DNA of 64,000 nt from Malacoraja senta (lineage: Eukaryota), in the NCBI GenBank assembly GCA_038087875.1, contig CM075981.1:1302001-1366000 (forward strand), in the 5' to 3' direction. Position numbers and translations under genes: made by a program. Shown here one piece after another: positions 43,916-57,897 of this stretch; positions within the stretch are counted from its first letter, which is position 1; every line of letters begins with the position of its first letter. Below the pieces are notes generated by a model. That model saw nothing but the letters and a program-made list of their open reading frames with translations, was not told the DNA's origin and made no database searches.

Positions 43916-46790
43916 CTATTTTTTTTGATTAAGTGATGGAAAGATACAGCATGGATACAGACCATTTGGCCAATCGTGTCCAAGAGAACCAGCAATCAAC
44001 CCTTTCACACTGGTTCTATATCATCCCATTTTCGCGTCTTTTGAGTACCGTAATATTGATAAACATTTTAATGCTGCCACGAGTTATTCATTTAGTCCAC
44101 TGTACAGATGTGTTAAATGACTATAAATAATGGCCACGGTGGCGCAACGGTAGAGTTGCTGTCTTACAGCGCTTGCAGCGCCGGGGACCCGGGTTCGATA
44201 CCGACGACGAGAGCTGTCTGTACGTTCTCCTCACGACTGCGTGAGTTTTGTCCGAAATCTTCGGCTTCCTCCCACACTTGGATTGCTATCAATGTAAATT
44301 GTCCTCAGTGTGTGTGGGATAGTGTTAATGTATGGGGATTGCTGGTCAATGTGGACTCGGTGGGCCGAAGGGCCTGTTTCCGCGCTGTACCTCCAAACTA
44401 AACTAAACTAAACTAAATTAGTGGAAAGTCTATTCTTGTGCAGAACAAAATGGTTGAGTTGCAGTTTGCAAAGCACGGGGTGTGAAACTGCAAATATATT
44501 GTGTTGCTTTCCTCTGTCTGACTTGTGATGTAACCCCGGCCATGAAAGACCTATGAAGGATGTTGTTTGAAAATAAAAAATGGTGACCTGCAAAAACGGA
44601 GTAACCACCATAAAGTTCGGAAAGATTCAAAGATTTGGCTAAAATGTCCCACTGACAAAGATAAATATTGTCCACACAGTAAGCGGGTTGAGGAGGAAAT
44701 GAGACTAGAGGCTGCTTTGAACTCATAACCCCCCAGGTCAGGGATATCCGAGGGGTGCTGAATAGCCAGATATACTTGCAGATTCTGTGGTCACACTGAT
44801 GCTGCCTGGCTCGTTCAACGCGAGCTTGTTAATGGTCTAATGTGAGGAATGATCTTCAACCGGAGCTTTTCCCCACTGCAAGATATCCCAAAGTGCCTCA
44901 CAGATAGTGAGAGGTAAACGGTTCGAAATGCCACAGATAGACATAAAATAGTGGAGCATATCAGCGAGATAGGCAGCTTCACTAAAGGAAAAGAATGGGT
45001 CACATTTCGGGTCGATGCCACTGTTGTTTTTAGAGGTGGGTGCTGGCTTCCAATGTCCTTTAATCTAATATGTTCAAACAGTCATTTCTTCCTTTACACT
45101 GAATTGTTCTGCAGTGCTGACACTTTGCTCGCGTTGCTGAAACAAGGGTGTGTAGATTCGTATCTCTGAACCGCATCTTGCAAGCACCTGTTGTAACACT
45201 GTTTGCTGAGCAGTGTTTGCAGAAGTCATGGGTCACAGGCGAATGAAGACAGAATTTAAATTGTTTTGCTGCATCGTCGGTTCCTCTCTGCAGTGTTGTT
45301 AGTTGGGCAAGTAAACAGGAAATAGCTCCCAACAAAAGATCCTTTACTGAGGGTTGCCAGCGCTCAGCTAACATCAGCGGCGGACACATCAGTGTGTTAC
45401 ACCCATGCCACGTGATGTACAGCATTGCCACTGATATACACAACCCGAATAAACTGCACTGTTCCCCTTACACACCCAGAACGATAGCCAGCAGCAGATA
45501 TAATGTTATATCATAATGCAAATGGTTGCATACGGAATGAAATCGTTCCAGGCAGATGTACAAAATCAGCCAATGGAATGTACATGAACACAACTCTGAT
45601 AATTTATTCGCTCTGCATTGCAAAGAAGACAAGTTAACAATTCAATTCACCGTGCATATTCTACCTTGGTTTAACTTCACTAAGTGTATCACTTCGCCCT
45701 TATTTGCGGTACATTACACCGGTCAGTTAGACTCCACATCCCGCTTTCCCAGCTGATCTCCATCATGTGGTAATTCTAGATACATTTCTTCACAGTCCAC
45801 AACACCATTAATTGTCATTTTCAAAACATCAATATCATGACAATAATGTTTCAAAGTATCCAACGTATCATTGTTTACATGAAGGGTCCCGACCCGAAAC
45901 GTCACCTATCCAATTTCTCTAGAGTTGCTGCCTGGCCCGCAGAGTTTCTCCTGCATTTTTTTTGTCTGCCACTGTTCAGTGTTAACAGATTCTGAGTACA
46001 CAGATAACCGCCGCTACATCCTTACGGATACATCATACTCGACGGAGTGGCTGAAGCAGCTGCAATAACAGCGTGTATCGGGCACTTGGACAGGCCCATG
46101 GATAGGGAATGTGGTCAGTTTTAATCACCATGTTATACGAAAGATGCTGTCAAAGTGAATAGGGTGCAGAGATGACTTACAAGGATGTAGCGATGAGTTG
46201 AGGGTCAGACCCACAGGGAGGGGTTGAGCTGTCTAGGACTTTATTTGTTGGAGCGGAAGGAGGATGAGAGGTGATCTTATGACCGGTACAAAATCATGCG
46301 AGGAATAGATCGTGTAAATGCACAGGAAAAGATCGTGTAAATGCACATACACTGAGGCATTTGCCCAGAGTAGGTGAATCGAGAACCAGGGGACATTGTT
46401 TTAAGATGAGGGGAGATTGATTTTACAAGAACCTGGGGAGTAACGTTTTTGCACAAAGCTTGGTAGGTATATGAAACAAACTGCCGACGGAAGTAGTTAT
46501 GGCAGGTTTTCGCAACATTTAAGAATAATTTGGACACGTACATGAATAGGATACGTTTGGAGGGTTACGGGCCAAGCAAGGGCCAGTGGAACTAGTGTAG
46601 CTTGGGCGTGTTGGTCAGTGCGGGCAAGTTAGACTGAAGGGCCTGTTTCGACGCTGCATGACTATGACTCTATGTAGATGGATGGGTCAGATGCCAACCT
46701 AGCGGCTCTGGCTAAGATACAGAGATGTTGGATATTGGCAATTGTTTGATTTTCAGATGTTCCCAGCGTCTGACTGCTCCTTTCCCACAG

Positions 46791-48452
46791 AACCCGTGTC
46801 TGTTCCTGTGCTCGGATTTCAGTCACCAGCCAATGACTCCTGTCTCGGGGACTGAGTGACAGTGTCCTGTGAATCGGTCCAGGGATCCCTTCCCATTAGC
46901 TACAGCTGGTATGAAAAGACCCCATCTGTGGATTCAAAGATGTCAGACAACAATGCCCTGGATCTACATTGTCAATCATTCAAACACCAGCTCCATCAAT
47001 ATCACTGCACAGCCTCAAATAAACGTGGATCAAAATCCAGTGAAATGGTCAACGTGTCCATCTCCAGCAGTGACGTTCCCTGCAGTTTCCCAGTGAAAAT
47101 CAACGGCACTGGTAAGTCGTGGCGGGAATGAGGCAAAAGAAGGGGCATTGAGGGTGGGGTGCTTCATAAGATCACGTGATAGAAGCAGAAATAGACCAGT
47201 CAATCATGGCTGATCTATCCTCCCCTCTTCACCCCATTCTCCTGCCTTCTCCCCAAAGCTCCGACACCATGAAATCCATGCACGTTATTTAATTAATTTA
47301 TCAAGATTTATATGATGGGATTATGGCCCATTTGTCAATACTTGGTTGTTGGGCGCCAGAAATAGATTTCCACGTGCTGGTGTAGACCAGCTGCCAGGCT
47401 AGAACAACCTCTTATGTTCACACAGCTTTAAACTAGGTTTGAAGTGACATCAGTCCAAGCATATTCACTTTCCCACCACCATCTCCACATTATCCACACT
47501 CAGATATGGCAAGGGAATGCATATTAGCAGTAAATGTGGCCACAGTTAACTCCTTGACAACGGTATCAGATTTGGTCCACTGTGTTAATGTTGACCATTA
47601 AGTACCATCGATAATAATCCCATTTACTAGCACCTCGTCCATTGTGGCAATTCAGGCACCTCCATCTTCTAGGTTTTAAAATATTTTTGATTGCCTTGAA
47701 ACATCCTGCTCCTTAACGTAACCATATGTTCCCCACTTTTACACATATCTGCCGTGAAAAATGTTCCAAAAATTCCCTGTCTATGCTGCTCACAGTTTTG
47801 CACTCCTGTAATAGACTCCCCCTTCCTCACTTGTCCTGCATGGAATTTAATAAAACCCCTATCCAACCCCTCACCATAACTGTAATGTTTCATCCCAAGC
47901 AATACTCGTCTCCGGTGAAATTGCACCCTTTAGGTTAGTTTATGGATACACGTTGGAAACAGGCTCTTCGGCCTACTGAATACACAACGTCCGGTAATCA
48001 CCCGTACACTAGTTCCACAGGGACAATTTACAGAAGCTAATTAACCTGCACGACTTTGGAATGCGGGGGGGAAACTGGAGCACTTGGAGAAAACGCACGC
48101 GGTCACAGGGAGGAGGTACATATTCCGTGCAGACAGTATCCGTAGTCAGGATCGAACCCTAGCCTCTGGCGCTGTAAGGCCGCAACTCTACCGCTGCGCC
48201 ACCGTGCCATCTACACCTGGCGCCAGAGTTGTTACCAGCACGCCTGCTTGTCATGATAACATCTCCCATTTGCTGCAAATCACACTGAAGATGCATTACC
48301 CTGTCTGTTAAGCCTATCAACTCCTTAAATCGGACAACCATACCTACTTGTTCAACTGCTAGTGAAAAGTAGTGAAACTGACTTGTATTTCCTTGTTCGA
48401 ACAGGTCATAATATTATTGTGAAAATTTGATAACATCCAATTACTCTTCAAG
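46791..48452 (+). pseudogene. Second dead duplicate of the 3' module: C2 exon 46791..47111 and mini-exon 48405..48452
   Basis: Same TGA at 46853..46855 and same 1 nt mini-exon deletion as the 8707 copy. Confidence 0.85.
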
Positions 48453-49064
48453 GTAAACCGCGATGTTTCCAAAGAAAGTCACAAAGTCACAAATAGCTGT
48501 TTACGAAGGAACTGCAGATGCTGTAAAAATCGAAGGTAGTTAAAAAATAAGAAGGAATTGCAGAGGCTGTAAAAATCGAAGGTAGGTAATCTACCATGTC
48601 TGAAGCAGGGTCTCGACCCGACACGTCACCTATTCCTTCGCTCCATGGATGCTGCCTCACCCGCTGAGGTTCTCCAGGATTTTTGTTTACCTTCGATTTT
48701 CCAGCACCTGCAGTTCCTTCTAACAGTACTTATAGCGGGTATTTTGATTGGGAATGCTTTAATTGGGGGGAAGTTGTGCCTTCCTTTCACTGGCATTAAA
48801 TACCATGAGAGTATTGATCTGAATGCACAGTGGGACACCCTGTAGAATCACAGCCTCACAACGCCAGGACCGTGGTTCATTAGGTAATGTCTATGCGTGG
48901 TCTGCATGTTTTGCCTTTAATTGTGGTGGTTTCATTTAAGTGCTCCAGTTTCCTCCCAGCTCCCAAAGATGTGTCAGTTGTAAATTGCCTCTTGTGTACA
49001 GGAGAGCGGTTGAATCTGTGGAGAGGGAGGGCGGTGGGGGGGGGGGAGGGGGGGTTAGGAAATA

Positions 49065-49941
49065 GTCAAGTCAAGTCAAGTCAAGTGAGTTTACTGTCAT
49101 GTGTCCCTCATAGGACAATGAAATTCTTGCTTTGCTTCAGCATACAGAACATAGTAGGCATTTACTACAAAACAGATCAGTGTGTCCATATACCATAATA
49201 TAAATATATACACACATGAATAAATAAACTGATGAAATGCAGATAACAGATAATGGGTTATTAATAATCAGAGTTTTGTCCGAGCCAGGTTTAATAGCCT
49301 GATGGCTGTGGGGAAGTAGCTATTCCTGAACCTGGTTGTTGCAGTCTTCAGGCTCCTGTACCTTCTACCTGAAGGTAGCAGGGAGATGATGTGTGGCCAG
49401 GATGGTGTGGGTCTTTGATGATACTGCCAGCCTTTTTGAGGCAGCGACTGCGACAGATCCCCTCGATGGAAAGAAGGTCAGAGCGATGATGGACTGGGCA
49501 GTGTTTACTACTTCTTGTAGTCTTTCCACTCCAGGGCGCTCAAGTTGCCGAACCAAGCCACGATGCAACCGGTCAGCATGCTCTCTACTGTGCACCTGTT
49601 GAAGTTAGAGAGAGTCCTCCTTGACAAACCGACTCTCCGTAATCTTCTAAGGAAGTAGAGGCGCTGATGAGCTTTCTTGATAATTGCATTAGTGATCTCG
49701 GACCAGGAAAGATCTTCAGAGATGTGCACCCCCAGGAATTTGAAGCTCTCACCCTTTCAACCATCGACCCGTTGATATAAACGGGACTGTGGGTCCCCAT
49801 CCTACTCCTTCTAAAGTCCACAATCAGTTCCTTGGTTTTGCTGGTGTTGAGGGCCAGGTTATTGTGCTGGCACCATATGGACAGTTGCTCGATCTCTCTT
49901 CTATACTCTGACTCATCCCCATCAGTGATACGTCCCACCAC
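49065..49941 (-). mobile_element. Rex1/Babar-like LINE 3' fragment (duplicate of 10971)
   Basis: ORFs 49508 and 49585 (frameshifted); TSD AAATA at 49060..49064 and 49942..49946. Confidence 0.88.
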
Positions 49942-50799
49942 AAATAAGAATATTTATAAAAGCCACGACGATATGAGCGAACCTTTAACCGAATTTTCGA
50001 ACACGATTCCTCCATCCACACACATACCGCGTTAATTCAAGTAATATCGAGGGTGTGAGATTAAGCATTATCATTAAAAAAATAATAATTAATTGGCCTT
50101 AATTTTCTCCATCTCCCTTCCACCATTAGCAATGATCTTGTTTTATTATTCCTGTCTATCCATATGGATTTTATTATAATCTTCCTTGCAGCTGCATATT
50201 CTTTCTTCCAGGGTATTACACTGTTTATTGTATCCTTCCACATCCCCAGTTACCCTCTCCCGTGATTCTCAGTCTGAAGAAGGGTCTCTACCCGAAACGT
50301 CACGCATTCCTTCTCTCCAGAGACGCTGCCTCTCCCGCTGTGGTTCTCCAGTATTTTGTGTATATCTATACTGTATTCACTGGATTCACTGCTCCACCTC
50401 ATGACTTATTTCTCTCTCTTCTCCGAATCCATTTAACCGTGTAATCTCTCATCCCCAGTCTTGTAGCCATGCTCCAGCAATGAGGTTAGCAATTGGTGCT
50501 TCTTAATAAATGGTTGTTGTCAATAAATGGTTTGTCTAATTTGTTTTGTTTAGACTGCAACTTTTGTGATGAAGAACAGACTGCAATCAGGCTGCTGGAT
50601 AATCCTCGTGTTGCCAAACATTAAAGACGTTTAGGAAAGGCATTCAAACAATCGTTCAGACCATGCTATCCCATCAGGACAAAATTATGCAACGACATTG
50701 TTCTAACTATTAGCCTTATTTTTCCCTCCACATACGCTGACTGACGCGCTAAGCACATCCAACATCTGCAGATCTCATTGCGGATATGCAATTAATTTT

Positions 50800-51490
50800 T
50801 AGGTAGGAAGGAACTGCAGATGCTGGTTTAAACTGAAGATAGACATAAATAGCTGGGGTAACTCAGCGTGACAGGCGGCATCTGTGGATAGATCAGGTCG
50901 AGGTAGGCAGACTGAGCGGCGATGTTCAGCGAAACGATCGCCGAGCCTGCGCCTGTTCTCGCTTCTCGGCGATCGTTTCGCTGAACACCTCCGCTCAGTC
51001 CGTCTAAACCTACCTGATATCACGGTCGCTAAACACTTTAACTCCCCCTCCCATTCCCACACTGACATTTCTGTCCTGGGGCTCCTCCAGTGTCAGAGTG
51101 AGTCCCAGCGCAAATTGGAGGAACAGCACCTAATATTTCGCTTGTGCAGCTTACACACTAGCGGTGTGAACATTGACTTCTCTAGCTTCAGTAACAATTG
51201 CATTCCGTCTCACCCCCCCCCTCCTTCCCAGTTATCCGATCAGTATGACAGTCTCCGACTACATTTGATCTCTAATTACTTTTTTGTTACCTTCTCCCAG
51301 CTAACAATTATTTATTCTACATTTCCTTTGATCTTCATACCCTTTGTCCCATGTTCACACCTCACAATTCCTTATCGAAGTATCTCCCTCTCCCCTGACT
51401 TCAGTCCGAAGAAAGATCTCGACCCGAAACGTCACCCAATACTTTCATACAGAAATGCTGCGTGTCCCGCTGAGATACTCCAGCATTTTG
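50800..51490 (+). mobile_element. Penelope-like fragment with an inverted 5' arm and hairpin junction
   Basis: ORF 50884..51519. Perfect 23 bp inverted repeat, 50923..50945 against 50965..50987. Confidence 0.85.
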
Positions 51491-53728
51491 TCCAACAATA
51501 TTTTTTGAGTATTAAGTGATTGAAAGATACAGCATGGATACAGACCATTTGGCCCACCGAGCCCACGTCACCCAGCGATCAACCCTTTCACGCGAGTTCT
51601 ATATAACCGCATTTTCGCGTCTTTTGATAACAGTAATCTTGATAAACATTTTAATGCTGCAACGAGTCCACCGTACAAAGGAATTAAAGGACTATAAATA
51701 ATTACCACAGTGGCGCAACGGTAGAGTTGCTGCCTTACAACGCTTGCAGCACCGGAGACCCGGGTTCGATCCCGATTACGGGAGCTGTCTGTTCAGATTT
51801 TGAACGTTTACCTCATGACCGCGTGAGTTTTCTCCGAGATCTTCGGTTTCCTCCCACACTCTAAGGACGTACAGGTATGTAGGTTAATTGGCTTGCTATG
51901 AATGTAAATTGTCCCCAGTGTGTGTGGGTAGTGTTAATGTGCGTCGATCGCTGGTCAGTGTGGACTCGGTGGGCCGAAGGGCCTGTTTCCGCGCTGTGTC
52001 TCTAAACTAAACTAAACTAAACTAGTGGAAAGTCTATTCATGTCCAGAACAAAATGGCTGAGTTGCAGCTTGCAAAGCGCGTGGTGTGAAACTGCAAATA
52101 CATTGTGTTGCTTTCTTCTGTCTGACTTGTGACTGTAACCCCGCCCATGAAAGAACTATAAAGGATGTTGTTTGGAAATAAGAAATGGTGACCTGCAAAA
52201 ACGGACTATAAGTTCGGAAAGACTCAAGGACTGCTTTGGGTAAAATGTTTCACTGCCAAAGATAAATATTCTCGACACAGTAAGCGGGGAGACAAGGAAA
52301 TAAGACCAGGGGCTGCTTTGAACTCACAAATCCCCAATCCGAGTGGTGCTGAATAGCCAGAGATACTTGCAGATTCTGTGGTCACACTGATGCTGCCTGG
52401 CCCGTTCAAATTGGACTTATTAATGGTCCAATGGGAGGAATTGGAGCTTTTCCCCACTGCAAGACATCCCAAAGTACCTCACAGATATTGAGAGGTAAAC
52501 GGTCTAAGATGCCAGAGATAGACACAAAACACTGGAGCAACTCAGCGGGCTAGGCAGCATCACTGGAGAGAATGAACGGGTGACATTTCGGGTCGATGCC
52601 ACTGTTGTTTTTAGTGGTGGGTACTGGCTTGCAATGTACATTAATCTTATATGTTCAAAATAATGTCTTTCTTAACACTGAATTGATCTGCAGTGCTGAC
52701 ACTTTGCTCACGCTGCTGAAACAAGGGTGAGTAGATTCGTATCTCTGAACCGCATCTTGCGAGCAGCTCGTTATAACACTGTTTGCTGAGCAGTGTTAGC
52801 AGAAGTCGTGGGTCAATGGCGAATGTAGCCATAATTAAATTGTTCTGCTGTATCGTCGGTTCCTCCCTGCAGTGTTTTCAGTTGGGCAAGTAAACAGGAA
52901 ATCGCTCTTGACAAAATATCCTTTACTAAGGTTCGCCAACGCTCAGCTAACATCAGTGGCAGACACATCAGTGTGTTACACCCATACCACGTGATGAACA
53001 ACATTGCCACTGATGCACACAACCCGAATAAACTGCACTGTTCCCCTGAAAGTAACACACCCAGAACGATAGCCCGCAGCAGATATTAGGTTATATTATA
53101 ATGCAACTAGTTGCCTACAGAATGAAATCGTTGCAAGCAGATGTACAAAGTCATCCAATGGAATGTACATGAACTCAACTCTGATAATTTATTCGCTCTG
53201 TATTGCGATGCAGACAAGTTAACAATTCAATTCACCGTGCATATTCCACCTTGCTTTAACTTCACTAAGTGTATCACTTCGCCCTTGTTTGAGTTACATT
53301 ACACATGTCAGTTACACTCCACACCCCGCTTTCCCAGCTGATCTCCATCCTGTGGTAATTCTAGACAAACTTCGTCACAGGCCACTAGCCCATTAATTTT
53401 TCATTTTCAAAAGGTGAATATCATGACAATACTGTTTCAAAGTTTGAATTAAAGAGTTGAAGCAGAGAGGAGAGGGCCAAACTCCAACTAATCTCCGCTG
53501 ATTTCAGGTGAAAATCCCCTACTTCCTAACGCCAGCTTCCTGTTTTGCCCCTTGTCAACTGCAATATGCCAAAACAAAAGTTCCAATGATTATATTTTTG
53601 ATCTGACAGTCCACTTACAAAATCATCAAGTGGGAATGATCCGGAAGTGTACACATCTTAGATGTTTCTACTCTCCTAAATGTCATATTTTATCCAACGT
53701 ATCATTGTTTACATGAAGGGTACCGACC

Positions 53729-55955
53729 TGAACTTAAAGAAAGGTAACTTTGAGGGTATGAGACGTGAATTGGCCAAGATTGACTGGCAATTAGTTCTAA
53801 AAGGGTTGACGGTGGATATGCAATGGAAGGCATTTAAAGACTGCATGGATGAACTACAAAAATTGTTCATCCCAGTTTGGCAAAAGAATAAATCAGGGAA
53901 GGTAGTGCATCCGTGGATAACAAGGGAAATCAGGGATAGTATCAAAGCAAAAGATGATGCGTACAAATTAGCCAGAAAAAGCAGCATACCAGAGGACTGG
54001 GAGAAATTCAGAGACAAGCACAGGAGGACAAAGGGCATAATTAGGAAAGGGAAAATAGATTATGAAAGGAAACTGGCAGGGAACATAAAAACTGACTGCA
54101 AAAGTTTTTATAGATATGTGAAGAGAAAGAGATTAGTTAAAACAAATGTAGGTCCCTTGCAGTCAGAAACAGGTGAATTGATCATGGGGATCAAGGATAT
54201 GGCGGACCAATTGAATAACTACTTTGGTTCCGTCTTCACTGAGGAAGACATAAATAATCTGCCGGAAATAGCAGGGGGCCGCGGGTCAAAGGAGATGGAG
54301 GAACTGAGTGAAATCCAGGTTAGTCGGGAAGTGGTGTTGGGTAACTTGAATGGATTAAAGGCCGATAAATCACCAGGGCCAGATAGGCTGCATCCCAGAG
54401 TACTTAAGGAAGTAGCTCCAGAAATAGTGGATGCATTAGTGATAATTTTTCAAAACTCTTTAGATTCTGGAGTAGTTCCTGAGGATTGGAGGGTAGCAAA
54501 CGTAACCACACTTTTTAAGAAGGGAGGGAGAGAGAAAATTGGGAATTACAGACCAGTTAGCCTAACATCGGTAGTGGGGAAACTGCTAGTCAGTTATTAA
54601 AGATGGGATAGTAGCACATTTGGAAAGTGGTGAAATCATTGGACAAAGTCAGCATGGATTTACGAAAGGTAAATCGTGTCTGACGAATCTTATAGAATTT
54701 TTCGAGGATGTAACTAGTAGAGTGGATAGGGGAGAACCAGTGGATGTGTTGTATCTGGACTTTCAGAAGGCTTTCGACAAGGTACCACATAAGAGATTAG
54801 GATACAAACATAAATCACACGGTATTGGGGGTTCAGTATTGATGTGGATAGAGAACTGGCTGGCAAACAGGAAGCAAAGAGTAGGAGTAAACGGGTCCTT
54901 TTCACAATGGCAGGCAGTGACTAGTGGGGTACCGCAAGGCTCAGTGCTGGGACCCCAGCTATTTACAATTTATATTAATGACCTGGATGAGGGAATTGAA
55001 AGCAACATCTCCAAGTTTGCGGATGACACTCAGCTGGGGGGCAGTGTTAGCTGTGAGGAGGATGCTAGGAGACTGCAAGGTGACTTGGATAGGCTGGGTG
55101 AGTGGGCAAATGTTTGGCAGATGCAGTATAATGTGGATAAATGTGAGGTTATCCACTTTGGTGGCAAGAACGGGAAGGCAGACTATTATCTAAATGGTGG
55201 CCGATTAGGAAATGGGGAGATGCAGCGAGACCTGGGTGTCGTGGTACACCAGTCATTGAAAGTAGGCATGCAGGTGCAGCAGGCAGTAAAGAAAGCGAAT
55301 GGTATGTTGGCCTTCATAGCAAGAGGATTCGAGTATAGGAGCAGGGATGTTCTACTGCAGTTGTACAGGGTCTTGGTGAGACCACACCTGGAGTATGCGT
55401 ACAGTTTTGGTCTCCAAATCTGAGGAAAGACATTATATCCATAGAGGGAGTGCAGAGAAGGTTCACCAGACTGATTCGTGGGATGTCAGGACTTTCATAT
55501 GAAGAAAGACTGGATAGACTTGGCTTATACTCGCTAGAGTTTAGGAGATTGAGAGGGGATCTTATAGAAACGTACAAAATTCTTATGGGGTTGGACAGGC
55601 TAGATGCAGGAAGATTGTTCCCGATGTTGGGGAAGTCCAGGACAAGGGGTCACAGCTTAAGGATAAGGGGGAAATCCTTTAAGACCGAGATGAGGAAAAA
55701 CTTTTTCACACAGAAAGTGTTGAATCTCTGTAACTCTCTGCCACAGAGGGTAGTTGAGGCCAGTTCATTGGCTATATTTAAGAGGGATGTTAGATGAGGC
55801 CCTTGTGGCTAAGGGGATCAGGGGGGTATGGAGAGAAGGCAGGTACGGGATACTGAGTTGGATGATCAGCCATGCTCATATTGAATGGCGGTGCGGACTC
55901 GAGGGGCCGAATGGCCTACTCCTGCACTTATTTTCTATGTTTCTATGTTTCTATG
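53729..55955 (+). mobile_element. 5'-truncated CR1 LINE, copy-B specific, same subfamily as 14824
   Basis: RT ORFs 53680..54600, 54620..55423 and 55450..55797; (TTTCTATG)n tail. The empty site gggtaccgacc-cgaaacg-tcacc at about 19205..19230 shows a roughly 7 bp target-site deletion rather than a TSD. Confidence 0.95.
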
Positions 55956-56297
55956 TCACCTATCCATTTTGTCCAGAGGTGCTGCCCTGCCCGCAGAGTT
56001 GCTCCTGCATTATTTTGTCCATCAATATTTCCACCACTGTTCAATGTTAACAGATTCTGAGTGCAGAGATAACCACCGCTCCATCCTTACGGATACATCA
56101 TACTTGGCGAAGTGGTTGAAGCAGGAGCAATAACAACACCTAACGGGCCCTTGGACAGGTCCATGTATAGGGAAGGTTTGGGGAGATCTGGGTCAAACGT
56201 GGGCAAATTTGACTAATTAAGATGAACACATTGGTCTCACGCGGTGGGGAGAAGGGCCTGTTTCCGTGCTGTGTGACTCTGTGATCATCTGACCCAA

Positions 56298-56470
56298 CCA
56301 TTTGCGAAATATAACCCTGAGCCTTTCACACTGTAACGTGTTGAATTGCTACTGGCTCGCTGTGGTTCAGGATCTGACGTCCAGTTCTTCCTCATTGCTA
56401 TTTGAGAGATGCGGTTGTATCTGAGAGCTCAAAGCTGAGCGACAGACAGACAAGTGCTGGCCTTGTCACT
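56298..56470 (+). promoter_or_regulatory. Putative promoter of the downstream paralog
   Basis: The same five motifs are retained at 56302, 56361, 56375, 56388 and 56410. Confidence 0.45.
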
Positions 56471-56519
56471 ATGGATAAAACAATGTGGATTCCAATTCTT
56501 CTCATCTCCTCGCTAACCG
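56471..56519 (+). CDS. Leader exon of the downstream paralog, (MDKT)MWIPILLISSLT
   Basis: Paralog of 19738..19786; G|GTGAGT donor at 56520. Confidence 0.85.
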
Positions 56520-57576
56520 GTGAGTGAAAGCCAGATCTAGATATTCCAATGACCAATGTTAGTTGGGGTCGCGTGCACCCTTTCCACAGCACAGACGGTT
56601 AAGTATGTGTAGACATGTAATGGGGGAAATGAAACTCAGTGCAATGTGGTGATGGATCTGAAATCACATTTGATTATCTAGCCTATGTTCGTAGTTTAAC
56701 CAGTTGACACATGGTCTATTTGCATCATGATGATAGTTTAAATTGAGAATAGAAACAGTCCCCGATGAGCAGCGGGACATTTTGCGCCCAATTCAGGATA
56801 GTTTATTGTCACGTGTACCGAGGAACAGTGAAAAAGCTTTTTGGTTGCGTGCTAACCAGCCACCAAATAGACAGTCCATGATTACAATCGATCCTCATGA
56901 AGTGCATAGATACATGGAAAGCAAAGTTAAAGCCAGCAAAGTCCGATCAAAGGTCGTCAGAGTGTAATCAAATAGGTAGATATGAGTTCAGCACTGCTCT
57001 CTGGTTGTTGTATGGTGCTTCAGATGCATGATAACAGCTGGGAAGTATCTGGCGGTGTGCGTTTTCACGCTAGTAACGCTCTCCGCAAAGGGACCCGCTT
57101 TGTTGTAGTCCGTCCGTTCTCTGTCCTCGGTCAGGGCGTTGTAAAGGCAGTGGCGGCGGTGAATGTCTAAACACGGGTCCGGCCCAGTGTCGGTTGAGAG
57201 ATGAATGTTGGCAGCGCAGCCGGCGGCACCGCCATTTAAATAGTAAAGTGGGGTATTTCTGTGGGTTGAGTGGCCGGGCACCGCCTGGGATTGTTGAAAG
57301 GCAGCTCCTGCAACACTGCCGCGCTCCCTCAGTACCGCACTGCGATCCCAGCCCAGTTTCTGTTCAGGGATCTGGAGTGGGAAGTGAACCCAAATTGTAC
57401 TGACCCGGGGACAGATCACTGACACAATTGGTACAATAACAGCACTGCCTGCACTTCAGACCTGAGACATTGGTCGGGAAGCAATATGACACATAATGGA
57501 ATGATTTAATCTTCAAAATGTATATATTTCCATTAAACAGTTCATTTGCTCTCCATCTGAAATTTTCTCCCTTCAG

Positions 57577-57897
57577 TTTCAGGTGCAGGGTGGGTACCGA
57601 AGCATGTAAGAGGTGTTGTGGGACGAGCGTTCACAATCGATTGTCACTATGAAGCACGGTACCGGTCAGACACAAAATACTGGTGTCGTGGGTGGAGTCG
57701 CCGGTGTACAGTTTTAGTGAAAACAAATGGGCTACACGGACGGAGTGGAAGAGTGTCAATCACAGATAAACCGGCACTAGGAATATTTACTGTGACTGTG
57801 GAGGATCTTCAATATGGAGATACAGGATGGTACAACTATGGAATTGCAACATCTTTCGAGGATCCATTGTTTCCCGTACATCTCCAAGTATCTGACG
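57577..57897 (+). CDS. V1 exon of the downstream paralog; same Cys-to-Tyr change
   Basis: 321 nt, phase 1-1. Differs from 25467..25787 by two amino acids (GWVPK versus RWEPK) and one silent change. Confidence 0.9.
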
